From an uncultured Gemmatimonadales bacterium (GTDB taxonomy: Bacteria > Gemmatimonadota > Gemmatimonadetes > Gemmatimonadales > GWC2-71-9): a stretch of DNA of 64,000 bases. Within the stretch, counting starts at the first letter, position 1. Each line of letters opens with the position of its first letter. This document shows positions 46,262-56,296 of this stretch, piece after piece. Location of the stretch: positions 480,001 through 544,000 of the forward strand of contig CAVOGR010000007.1 in NCBI GenBank assembly GCA_963695555.1. The letters run 5' to 3'. A model generated the notes under the pieces. It saw nothing but the letters and a program-made list of their open reading frames with translations. It searched no databases and was not told where the DNA came from. The position numbers were made by a program, and so were the translations under genes.

Positions 46262-46450
46262 TCACCAATGGCATGGTGTCGGGCGAGTGACGTCGCGAAG
46301 CACCAGCCACCGGCGGAGGACGCCGGTGGCCTCATCGAGCGAAGCTCTGACCCAGCAACCAGCCTCCGGTCGCCAATATGCGGGCTCGCGTTGGGCCGTC
46401 ATCGGAGTCGGGTGAAACAAGTGGAGTCCGAGGAGGGTATAGGCAAGCAT
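46262..46450 (-). CDS. Possible small hypothetical protein (62 aa)
   Basis: ATG-started ORF with protein-like composition in an otherwise empty 460-nt gap; no clear RBS. Confidence 0.3.
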   Translation of the reverse strand: MLAYTLLGLHLFHPTPMTAQREPAYWRPEAGCWVRASLDEATGVLRRWLVLRDVTRPTPCHW

Positions 46451-46595
46451 GGCGGTTCGCTGCCGGTCGGTGTCGAGGGCTCGGGCACCGAAACATAGGC
46501 TGCCCCGGGAGCCCCGGGGGAGGGGCGTTCCCGTGGTATCCCGGCGGCGGTCTTGGCATATTCCCTGCTGAGCGTCCCGAACAAGGAGTGGTCGG

Positions 46596-47069
46596 ATGAG
46601 AATCCAGGCGGCTGTGATAGCCCTGGCGATGGCCTGGCCGGGGAGTCTCGTAGCGCAAGAGGCGGCGGATTCCGCAGCCGTAGCCCAGGCGGCGCTCGAC
46701 TATATCGAAGGGTGGTACGAGGGCAATGCGGAACGAATGACCCGGGCGCTCCACCCCGATCTGGTGAAACGCATCGTGGCGGAACGCGACGGCGTGAGCC
46801 ACATCCAGGGGATGACAGCCGAGCAGCTGATCGGCTATACGGCGGGGGGAGGCGGACGCCAGACCCCGCCGGAGAAGCGGCGGACGGAGGTGACGATCCT
46901 CGACATCTTCGGCAATGCCGCGACGGTGCGGGTCGACGCCGATTCGTGGATCGATTATCTACAGATTGGCAAGGTGGACGGGGAGTGGAAGATCCTGAAT
47001 GTGCTGTGGGAGCTTCGCCCCGAGGTCAAGGCCAAAATGAAGGACCAGCAAAAGAAGCCACAACAGTAA
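46596..47069 (+). CDS. Secreted NTF2-like (lumazine-binding-like) protein
   Basis: AAGGAG RBS, signal peptide, DYIEGWYEG...ALHPDL, WIDYL, WKILNVLW. Confidence 0.85.
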   Translation: MRIQAAVIALAMAWPGSLVAQEAADSAAVAQAALDYIEGWYEGNAERMTRALHPDLVKRIVAERDGVSHIQGMTAEQLIGYTAGGGGRQTPPEKRRTEVTILDIFGNAATVRVDADSWIDYLQIGKVDGEWKILNVLWELRPEVKAKMKDQQKKPQQ

Positions 47070-47115
47070 GCGTCAGAATTCTGAGTATCCTGAGCCCCCT
47101 TAAGGAGATTTACCT

Positions 47116-47595
47116 ATGGGTAAGATCAAGTTTCTCGCCGCGTGTGCCGTTATGGTGGTGGCCAGCGCCGCTCAGCTGAGCGGTCAGGTTCGTGTCGGTG
47201 GGCAAATCAACTTTGCCGACGACTTCGACTTCGGCTTGGGGCCCCGCATCGTGGTCGCCGACCCCGCACTCGGCGAGTTCCGGTTCATCGGAACCTTCGA
47301 CTTGTACTTTCCCGATGACAGAGCGGGCGTCGACCTCGATTACTGGGAAATCAACGGCAATGTCGTGTACGATTTCGCTATTCAAAGTGCTCCGACGCTC
47401 GTACCCTACGTCGGCGCGGGACTGAACATCGCCCACCTATCGGGCGGAACTGGGTTCGGCTCTGATACGAACATCGGGGTCAATCTATTGGGGGGAATGG
47501 AGTTTAAGACCGGCCGGCTTCGCCCCTTCGTCGAGTTGCGCGTGGAACTCGAGGGCGGTGAGCAATTCGTGGTGACTGGGGGACTGCTCTTCTAG
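47116..47595 (+). CDS. Small outer-membrane beta-barrel protein
   Basis: TAAGGAG RBS, signal peptide, PYVGAGL, terminal Phe. Confidence 0.85.
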   Translation: MGKIKFLAACAVMVVASAAQLSGQVRVGGQINFADDFDFGLGPRIVVADPALGEFRFIGTFDLYFPDDRAGVDLDYWEINGNVVYDFAIQSAPTLVPYVGAGLNIAHLSGGTGFGSDTNIGVNLLGGMEFKTGRLRPFVELRVELEGGEQFVVTGGLLF

Positions 47596-47680
47596 CGTCA
47601 TCCGTCAATCCGTTTTCGAAAACGCGCGATGGTTGCACGAGCCGCCATCGCGCGTTCTTCTTCGAAGATTTGCGCAAGCA

Positions 47681-48745
47681 TCAGGACACACCAGCACCTA
47701 CGAGCGTGTGAATGTATTCCTTGTGCTCCCCGGGGCGCAGCGTTTTGTCCTCGCCCTCCCCTCCCCAACCCCCCTCGAGGATCGAGGTGTCGACAAACCA
47801 GCGCCCAAGCGGAGTTTGGGACTTGGCCCACATACGGCCAGAGAACCCCAGTCGGTACAGTAGCCGATTCCAGCGATCGAGAGCGGGCAACTCGAGCTGG
47901 GTCCGATCCGTGTGGAGCTCATAGCCTAGTTCCTCCAGGGTCCGCCCCACCAACGCTTCGATTGCACGAAGCGTATCCGCTGAAGATGACCTCCACCGCT
48001 CGATAGGATTGAAGGTCGGGCCGCCGGTTCCGGTACCGAACGATGTATTCGGCCTGGCAACCGACCCGATGGCGCAGCGCTGAACCCGATCGTAGTCCAT
48101 GGAGTGGTCTATGAATTCGCCGATGCGGGCCAACACCCCCGCAGTATCACGCACAAGGTCCTCGAAGCGGACCTCGAGGTAATCGACCCCTACAGTTTTG
48201 CCCCCCGCTCTTCCCGCGCGCACCGTCCATTCCCAATACACCGCCGCGGGCACGTGATGCCGATTCCGATCCCAAGGATATGGCCCGATCCAGTTCTGTT
48301 GGGCCAGTGACAGTGCCACATCTCTCCCGTCCCGAACCATGTGAACGAAGCGTGCGTCGGGAAAAGTCGTTTTGATCGCCTCCATGTAGAAAGCGTTGGT
48401 CGGCGTACACTCCGCCCAGCGGGAAGCGCCCTGTTCAACCGCAATGCTCTCCATCAGGATCCGTAGGAAATCCCCGGCGGAGCTACAGTCTTCTAGAATC
48501 CTGGCCCTCAGATCATCCGCATCTAGACCCGATCGATAAAAGAGTTCACCGCCGAGCCATTTCGATAAGAAGTGCGCTCGATCCGAACGACGGCGCAACC
48601 CTCCGAAACGCGGCCCGATCACGTCGAACACCCGTGATTCGCTACGGTAGATGGCGAAGTCGCCGGAAGAAAGGAGAAGATGGTAGAGCCACGTCGTGCC
48701 CGAGCGTGGGCTCCCTACAATGAAGACCGGGGGGCGAGAAGACAT
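47681..48745 (-). CDS. Sulfotransferase family protein
   Basis: PAPS loop VFIVGSPRSGTT, HMVRDGRDVALS, VRFEDLV. Confidence 0.9.
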   Translation of the reverse strand: MSSRPPVFIVGSPRSGTTWLYHLLLSSGDFAIYRSESRVFDVIGPRFGGLRRRSDRAHFLSKWLGGELFYRSGLDADDLRARILEDCSSAGDFLRILMESIAVEQGASRWAECTPTNAFYMEAIKTTFPDARFVHMVRDGRDVALSLAQQNWIGPYPWDRNRHHVPAAVYWEWTVRAGRAGGKTVGVDYLEVRFEDLVRDTAGVLARIGEFIDHSMDYDRVQRCAIGSVARPNTSFGTGTGGPTFNPIERWRSSSADTLRAIEALVGRTLEELGYELHTDRTQLELPALDRWNRLLYRLGFSGRMWAKSQTPLGRWFVDTSILEGGWGGEGEDKTLRPGEHKEYIHTLVGAGVS

Positions 48746-49049
48746 CGGGCCCCTCAGCATGAGCCGCTGGGAATAGTGTGTTTGAGAATCACCATGAGCT
48801 TCCATCGATGGAGTGCACAATGAATCCCGTTGGGGGGGCCACTTGCCCTTGGCAGATATCGGCTTTGAATGGCAGTGGGTCTATGAGCTTGCCGCACTGC
48901 GAATGGGTATGTTAACAAGTAATGCAACAGGTGATGGTCCGCCAGCGGGCGATTTCGTCGGGTCCCACCTACAGTGTATGCTCGTGTTGACTCCGGTCCG
49001 CGGAATCCATAGCCTATCGTACGACCGCTTGAGGTAAGTGAGGATAACC

Positions 49050-50036
<987 letters not shown>

Positions 50037-50076
50037 GCACACGCCAACCTACATTGACTGGCAAATGGAGAAGAAC

Positions 50077-51714
50077 ATGACGTCTCGAGCAGCCAGATTC
50101 TTATTTGTGGTCGCTGGACTGGGCGCTCTTGCCGGGTGTGGCAGGGCAGAGCGCGAAGGAACGGCAGCCCCGGACGGGGCGATGCCCCTGTACGACAATC
50201 TCGGTTCGCTCCATCACGAGATCACGACCGACGTTGCCACGACGCAACGCTACTTCGACCAGGGCATGCGGCTCCTCTACGCATTCAATCACGCCGAGGC
50301 GGCACATTCTTTCGAGGAAGCCGAGCGGCTCGACCCTGCCTGCGCCATGTGCGCGTGGGGCGTGGCCCTCGCCAACAGCCCCAACATCAACCAGCCATTG
50401 GACTCGGCGCGGGGCGCTGTCGGGTACAGCGCCATCCAACGTGCCGCGGAGCGAGCCGCCAACGCGACCCCGAGGGAACAGGCGTACATATCGGCCATGG
50501 CCCGGCGCTTTTCCCCGGATCCGTTGGGAGATCGTGCGGCGCTCGACTCCGCCTACGCCATGGCGATGCGCGAAGTGGCCGATGCCTATCCCGAGGACCA
50601 AGACGCCCAGGTGCTGTATGCCGACGCGTTGATGAACTTGAGCCCATGGAACTACTGGACTGCGGATGGCGCCCCGCGCCCTGGGACGGACCAGATCGTA
50701 TCTCGACTGGAAAGCGTGATGGCAGTCAATCCGGATCATCCCGGCGCCTGCCATCTCTTCATCCACGCCGAAGAGGCTCATGACCCGACGCGCGCCGTCG
50801 CGTGTGCGGAACGGTTGGCCGAGTTGATGCCCGGCGCCGGCCATATCGTCCATATGCCCGGCCACATCTACATCCGGGTTGGCCGCTACCAGGATGCCGT
50901 CGAAGCCAACAAGCACGCGGTGCACGCCGACGAGTCGTACATGGAGGGGCCGCTCGTCACCAGGCGTGGCATTTACCCGCAGGGATACTACCCGCACAAC
51001 TACCACTTCATGAGTTTTGCCGCCTCCATGGCGGGGCAGAGTGAAACGGCCATCTACGCCGCGCGGAAGGTCGCGGAGACGGTGGGGCCCGATGTGGCCC
51101 GGGAGATCGAATGGTTGGAGGCGATCACCCCGCTCGTCCCCTGGACCCTGGTGACCTTTGGGCAGTGGGACCAGGTATTGGCCGAGCCGCTCCCGCCGGC
51201 GGACCTTCGCTTCACCACGGGGCAGACCTACTACGCCCGTGGTGTTGCCCACGCCGCCAAGGGACAATGGGCCGAGGCCCGGCAGGCACTGGATTCGGTG
51301 ACCGCAATCGCGAAGGGCTTCCCGGCAGGCGACAACAAGACCGCACTCGAGATCGCGCAGCACGCCCTGGCAGGTGAGATCGCCATGCGCCGCGACCGGC
51401 TGGATGAAGCCGTGCGGCAGTTCCAAGCCGCGGTCGACCTGGAGAGCGGACTCACCTACAACGAGCCGCCCACCTGGTACTACCCCATGCGCCATTCGTT
51501 GGGGAAGGCGTTCATTGCGGCAGGGTTGGCGCCGGAGGCCCAACGGGCCTATGAAGAAGACTTGGAGCGCTTCCCGGAGAACGGCTGGTCGCTGTTCGGC
51601 CTGGCGACGGCGCTCGACATGCAGGGGAAGACGGACGAGGCGGCGGCCGCCCGGGCCAGGTTGGAGCGGGCCTGGCAGGGTGCCGACGTCACGTTGACCG
51701 GGTCGCGGTTCTAG
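50077..51714 (+). CDS. TPR-repeat lipoprotein
   Basis: Lipobox LAGC; YAFNHAEA, HPGACHLFIH, GHIVHMPGHIY; Ala-rich helical repeats. Confidence 0.85.
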   Translation: MTSRAARFLFVVAGLGALAGCGRAEREGTAAPDGAMPLYDNLGSLHHEITTDVATTQRYFDQGMRLLYAFNHAEAAHSFEEAERLDPACAMCAWGVALANSPNINQPLDSARGAVGYSAIQRAAERAANATPREQAYISAMARRFSPDPLGDRAALDSAYAMAMREVADAYPEDQDAQVLYADALMNLSPWNYWTADGAPRPGTDQIVSRLESVMAVNPDHPGACHLFIHAEEAHDPTRAVACAERLAELMPGAGHIVHMPGHIYIRVGRYQDAVEANKHAVHADESYMEGPLVTRRGIYPQGYYPHNYHFMSFAASMAGQSETAIYAARKVAETVGPDVAREIEWLEAITPLVPWTLVTFGQWDQVLAEPLPPADLRFTTGQTYYARGVAHAAKGQWAEARQALDSVTAIAKGFPAGDNKTALEIAQHALAGEIAMRRDRLDEAVRQFQAAVDLESGLTYNEPPTWYYPMRHSLGKAFIAAGLAPEAQRAYEEDLERFPENGWSLFGLATALDMQGKTDEAAAARARLERAWQGADVTLTGSRF

Positions 51715-51795
51715 CCGGCCCGGGAGCTTCGAATCACCAAGGCGGGTGGCTTGCACCCGCCTTCGTGGTCCCCATCCCGACTCCAATTCCTCAGA

Positions 51796-52074
51796 TCATC
51801 CCAAGTGCCTCAGCACGTACCGCGCATAATGGCCTGGCCAGTCGGCTTCTGGTGCGTGCTCGGCTCGGTCCTCCTCGGCGCCAATGATGAGGTGGGCCAG
51901 CTCGCTCGTGCTTACGTCCTGGCCCAGCAGGGCTGAGATCCGCTCCTGGAGGTATTCGGCGTACCAAAGCGGCCACTCGGGGTCGGTGCCGTCGGTGTCG
52001 ATGAACGCCTCGTGATGCGCGGGGCCCGCCTCGCGAAACAACCGCTCCACCTGCTGTTCTCTCGGATCGTGCAT
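51796..52074 (-). CDS. Small hypothetical protein
   Basis: AGGAGG RBS; AHHEAF...DPEWPLWYAEYL...WPGHYA. Confidence 0.75.
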   Translation of the reverse strand: MHDPREQQVERLFREAGPAHHEAFIDTDGTDPEWPLWYAEYLQERISALLGQDVSTSELAHLIIGAEEDRAEHAPEADWPGHYARYVLRHLG

Positions 52075-52130
52075 GGAGTGCCCTCCTGGCGCATCGCTGT
52101 ACCCGGCAGCCCGCCTTGCCGCCCACTGCC

Positions 52131-53072
52131 CTACACTCGTGCTTCCCACCCCTTGCCGTCTTCTCCCTCCCTCACCTTATCCGATTGCGTCAGTTCGAGG
52201 AAGACCTGATGGAGTCCGACGGGTCGCAGCGCCACAGATCTGACCGGAACGCCCTCGAGTTGCAGGATCAGGTCCGGCAGGGTGGTCTTGGCTGGAAGCA
52301 ACAACGTGAGCCGCCCGCCGTAGGTCCGAATCGGAATCCCCAAGGCGGAGGTGCGCGCCACCAAAGAGGCAATATCATCCACGTCCACCTCGGCGAGTTC
52401 CGCCGCAGGAACTTCCCGACACAGCACGTCAACCGATCCTTCCCGTAGGATTCTGCCGCCGTGCAGTATGCCTATTCGATCGCACAGGGCCTCGGCCTCG
52501 TCCATCATATGAGTGGTGAGCAGGACGGTGGTCCCTTGGCTTCGGAGCAGACGCACGAACTCCCACACCTCGTAGCGCGCCTGCACATCCAGCCCGGCGG
52601 TGGGTTCGTCCAAGATCACCAGCGCCGGGGCGTGCACGACGGCGACCGCAAGGTTCACCCGCCGCTGCCAGCCACCACTCAGAGTGGAAACGAGCGCCTC
52701 CGAATACGCGGAGAGGCAGAGAGCGCCGATGACCCGGTCCACCTGGTGTGCCAGGGTGGAGCCGCGCAATCGGTAGACTCCGCCGAAGAACTGGAGATTT
52801 TCTGTCACGGTCAGCGACTGATAGAGCGCGATCTCCTGCGGCGCTATGCCGATCGCGCGTCGGGCCGTCGCTGACGGAGGCGCTCCGGCCACGGAAACCT
52901 CTCCGGCATCCAACCCGATGAGGCCGGTCAGGAGATTGATTGTGGTGCTCTTCCCGGCACCGTTGTTCCCCAAGAGCCCGTAGACCTCCCCCTGCTCCAC
53001 CGACAGGTCGAGTCCAGCCAACACGCGGCGGGTACCAAACGATTTCTCGGCGCCGCGCATGGCAATCATCAT
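52131..53072 (-). CDS. ABC exporter ATP-binding subunit
   Basis: GNNGAGKST, LSGGW, ILDEPTAGLD, TTH. Confidence 0.95.
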   Translation of the reverse strand: MMIAMRGAEKSFGTRRVLAGLDLSVEQGEVYGLLGNNGAGKSTTINLLTGLIGLDAGEVSVAGAPPSATARRAIGIAPQEIALYQSLTVTENLQFFGGVYRLRGSTLAHQVDRVIGALCLSAYSEALVSTLSGGWQRRVNLAVAVVHAPALVILDEPTAGLDVQARYEVWEFVRLLRSQGTTVLLTTHMMDEAEALCDRIGILHGGRILREGSVDVLCREVPAAELAEVDVDDIASLVARTSALGIPIRTYGGRLTLLLPAKTTLPDLILQLEGVPVRSVALRPVGLHQVFLELTQSDKVREGEDGKGWEARV

Positions 53073-53073
53073 A

Positions 53074-53847
53074 TCAAGCCGCCCGCTCACGGCCCAGCAA
53101 CTGGCGATACGCGCGCGTGCCCACCGCCAGCGACAACGCGGCAAACGCCGAGAGAAAGAGCAGGTTGGCTCTGATCACGTGCACGCCTGCACCATCCTCA
53201 GCCACGGCCTTGAGCGCCGTGTTCATGTGATAGACAGGATCCGCCTGTGCCAGCGTGTGCAGGAACGGGGGTAACAGCTCGACGGGGAAGAAGGTGCCGC
53301 CTAGGACCAATAGCGGGACGCCGACCGCCGCCACCGGACCGGTGACGTCCTCGGTGCTTCCGGCAAATCGCGCACCGAAGAAGAAGCCCAACCCCACATA
53401 ACACATGGCGCTCAAGAACGTAATGAGCGCCCCCAACCAGAGCCGGCCACGAAATCCGCCTCCGGCCGCATAGGTCAGCCCGTAGACGATCGCGGCTTGG
53501 CCCAGCGCGATCGCGAGATGGGCCCACACCACCCCGCCGTAATACGCCACTCCGGAGAGCGGGGAGAGGAGCAGGCGCCGCAGCGTGCGCCGCTCTCGTT
53601 CACCGACGATCAACGATACCGGCCCGCCGAGGCAGCTGAAGAACATCGCCGCGCCGAGGAGGATGCCGGGCGCGGTCGAGGTGAACGAGTGACCGATCCC
53701 TCCGTATTCGTCGGCGTACACCCAGCCGAACAGGATCAGCATCAGCGTTGGGAACAGGATCCACAGGAAGAGCAGCCGTCGATTCCGCATGAGCTCGATG
53801 AGAATCCGACGGGCAACCAGCCCGCTATCGAACAAGATGGCCGACAT
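53074..53847 (-). CDS. ABC-2 type permease
   Basis: Six TM helices, ERERRTLRRLLLSP, GGTFFP. Confidence 0.92.
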   Translation of the reverse strand: MSAILFDSGLVARRILIELMRNRRLLFLWILFPTLMLILFGWVYADEYGGIGHSFTSTAPGILLGAAMFFSCLGGPVSLIVGERERRTLRRLLLSPLSGVAYYGGVVWAHLAIALGQAAIVYGLTYAAGGGFRGRLWLGALITFLSAMCYVGLGFFFGARFAGSTEDVTGPVAAVGVPLLVLGGTFFPVELLPPFLHTLAQADPVYHMNTALKAVAEDGAGVHVIRANLLFLSAFAALSLAVGTRAYRQLLGRERAA

Positions 53848-53880
53848 AATTCCCCTCTTGCCTGGGGCGCTACCGACAAG

Positions 53881-53927
53881 GTATCTTGACAATGTCAAGA
53901 TACTTCAAAACCTGACGGTGTCAAGAT
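53881..53927. promoter_or_regulatory. Tandem TetR operators overlapping the divergent promoter
   Basis: Perfect 23-bp palindrome GTATCTTGACA-A-TGTCAAGATAC (53881-53903) and a second copy CTGACGGTGTCAAGAT (53912-53927). Confidence 0.85.
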
Positions 53928-54558
53928 GCCTCAAAAGCCCCAGGCTAGGCCTCGAGCCCGATCCTATCATCACGGCGATCTGCGCCCTGCCCTGCTCGCC
54001 GCCGCGCTTCGGCTGTTGGAAGAGCGCGACCCAGGAGACCTGAGCCTCAGGGCCATTGCCCGGGAAGCCGGCGTGAGCCGGGCGGCCCCCTACCACCACT
54101 TCGCGGATCGCGAGGCACTCCTGGCCGCGGTGGCCGCGGAAGGGTTTCGCGCGCTCCGCGCGGCCATGATGGAGCGACTCGAGGCGGCCGCGGGCACTCC
54201 GCTCGAGCGGATGCGGGAAATGGGCGTGGCCTATGTGGTGTTTGCGGTCCGCCACCCCCAGCTCTATCGACTGATGTTCGGGGGTGAGTTTCGCAACCGA
54301 GAGAGTCACGCGGAGCTGGTGCGGGAGTCGGCTGAGGCCTACGCGGCCTTGGGGACGGCGATGGGAAATTCCATGCCGGCAGGATCCGGCGGGGGGGGAG
54401 AGCCCGACGCCTTCGCGCTCAGTGCCTGGGCCCTGGTGCACGGTCTCGCCATGCTCGTGGTCGACCGACGCGTCGGGGTACCGGACATGTCCGACGAGCA
54501 GGTGGAAGCATTGGCGCGCCGAACCATCGAAGTTCTCGGACGAGGCGTCACGGGCTAG
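53926..54558 (+). CDS. TetR/AcrR regulator (WHG-type C-terminus)
   Basis: YHHGDLR, SLRAIAREAGVSRAAPYHHF, WALVHG. Confidence 0.94.
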   Translation: MPQKPQARPRARSYHHGDLRPALLAAALRLLEERDPGDLSLRAIAREAGVSRAAPYHHFADREALLAAVAAEGFRALRAAMMERLEAAAGTPLERMREMGVAYVVFAVRHPQLYRLMFGGEFRNRESHAELVRESAEAYAALGTAMGNSMPAGSGGGGEPDAFALSAWALVHGLAMLVVDRRVGVPDMSDEQVEALARRTIEVLGRGVTG

Positions 54559-54626
54559 GGTTCACACTCGAGATACGACTCACCGTGCCAGGAAAGCTGC
54601 GGATCGGCTAGCCCGTCAGATAGTGT

Positions 54627-55190
54627 TCACGCACTCTCGGAGAACATGTCGATCTGCGGTGGCGCGAGCGGCAGGCCCATCGCCAGCAACACCGCATCCA
54701 CCCAGCCCTCACGGTCTTCGGGATCGAGCCGATGGCACTCGACCCCGAAGACGTGGAGCAGCTCATCGATGACTGCGTCGATGTCCCGCTGGAACGTCCC
54801 GCTCACATCCCGCATCCCGTCGAACGACGGCGCCTCGACCACGGGAACCTTGAACAGTCCGCTGTAACTCGCCATCCAGCGGCCGGTCAGCAGATCATAC
54901 TCCGGCCGCCGACCCACCTTGTGCACCAGGTAGGCGTAGTTGTCCAGCACCGAGCGGTCGCAGATGACGGCCTCATACTGCGCGGCCGCTGCGATCTCCT
55001 CGGCGATCTGGGTGTGGATGATCCACGCCTGCGCCTCGAGTGTGGTGCCCTGATTGATGGGCAATGGGCAGCTGCGGACGACTTCCTTGACGATATCCAC
55101 GCCAAAGTCGAGGCGCTTGAGCCGCGATGCCAGGTCGAAGCACAGCGTCGTCTTGCCGACGCCGTGCGAGCCGATGAAGGCGATCTTCAC
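54627..55190 (-). CDS. P-loop NTPase (AAA_28/NadR-like nucleotide kinase fold)
   Basis: GSHGVGKTT, ICDRSVLDNYAY. Confidence 0.82.
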   Translation of the reverse strand: MKIAFIGSHGVGKTTLCFDLASRLKRLDFGVDIVKEVVRSCPLPINQGTTLEAQAWIIHTQIAEEIAAAAQYEAVICDRSVLDNYAYLVHKVGRRPEYDLLTGRWMASYSGLFKVPVVEAPSFDGMRDVSGTFQRDIDAVIDELLHVFGVECHRLDPEDREGWVDAVLLAMGLPLAPPQIDMFSESA

Positions 55191-55349
55191 GTGAGGATCC
55201 TCCGCTGGCACAAAGATGCCGCGCGTTGGCCGGGTTGACCAGGAGGGCCAGCCACAACCCGGACTCGAAATCCTGACGCATGGGGACGTCGATACCGACT
55301 GCCCTGCCTGAACATCCGGTGTTCCTTGCCGACCGAAGGTATCACCGGA

Positions 55350-56264
55350 TTACGCCTCGGAGGTCCTGGTGCGCGCCACTTGGCCAGGGTCTTCACTCGT
55401 GCCACTCTGCGCAAGTGACGCGTATCGGATGCCGTGCTTCCCGCCATGCTTGACACGGTACATCACATTATCGGCCGCAGTGATGAGTGCGTCGGGCGTC
55501 TCGGGGGCTTCCACGCACGTGACCACGCCAATGCTGAAGGTGACCGGCCACCCATGAAGGTCCATCGCTCGGCCCAGTGCCTCGTCCAGCTTGGCAAACA
55601 CCGCTTCGGCACCGGCTCGGTCGGTCTCCGGCAGGAGAATGGCGAATTCGTCACCACCCAACCGGGCCAGGCTATCCAAGCGCCGCAATGCGTGCGATAC
55701 GATGTCGGCCACAACGCGCAGCAGTTCGTCGCCGCGGCTGTGGCCCTGCTGGTCATTCACGGCCTTGAAGTTGTCGACATCGACATAGGCCAGGCTGAGT
55801 GGGCGGGGTCGGCGCCGCATGCGAACCAGTTCGAGATCAAGCGTTTCCAGAAAGGCCCGACTGTTGAGCGCCCCGGTCAGATAGTCGGTCCGCGACAAGT
55901 CGCGTTCGCGCTCCAGGGCGTCCTTGAGCTTGGTTACCAGGATGGTGACCACCAGGAAGAAGCTCAGTCGGGTGGTGGAGTTCCAGTACGGGATGAACGG
56001 GCTGGTGAACGCCTCGCCGGCCAGGATATTCGCCACTTGCCAGGTCACGGCACTGGCGACCGAGACGGTGATGCCCCAAGCCCTTCCCGCGAACCACGCC
56101 ACGAGAAAGACCGGGAGCAAGTAGAACAACGCGAAGGAGATCTCGAACCCCGTCGCGTTATCGATGACACCGAGCCCGATGGCGAGGGCGATACCCAGGA
56201 GGAGCACGGCAGTCTTGCTGAGGCGGCCAACGAACTCGGCAACTCGTCCAAGAGGCTGAATCAC
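55350..56264 (-). CDS. Membrane-bound diguanylate cyclase
   Basis: About four TM helices, DYLTGALN, DVDNFK, RRLD I-site, RLGGDEF. Confidence 0.93.
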   Translation of the reverse strand: MIQPLGRVAEFVGRLSKTAVLLLGIALAIGLGVIDNATGFEISFALFYLLPVFLVAWFAGRAWGITVSVASAVTWQVANILAGEAFTSPFIPYWNSTTRLSFFLVVTILVTKLKDALERERDLSRTDYLTGALNSRAFLETLDLELVRMRRRPRPLSLAYVDVDNFKAVNDQQGHSRGDELLRVVADIVSHALRRLDSLARLGGDEFAILLPETDRAGAEAVFAKLDEALGRAMDLHGWPVTFSIGVVTCVEAPETPDALITAADNVMYRVKHGGKHGIRYASLAQSGTSEDPGQVARTRTSEA

Positions 56265-56296
56265 GGCTCGCCCGCCCCAGGCTCCCTGGTGTGCAT

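Noticed and set aside
48746..49049. Short ORFs in the less GC-rich spacer between the sulfotransferase and AKR genes
   Set aside because: No RBS or motif support; more likely a divergent promoter region or a remnant
50101..51786. 561-aa minus-strand ORF
   Set aside because: Antisense shadow of the TPR lipoprotein
55206..55219. Sigma-54 promoter (TGGCAC...ATGC)
   Set aside because: Spacing is 9 nt and it points against the local genes
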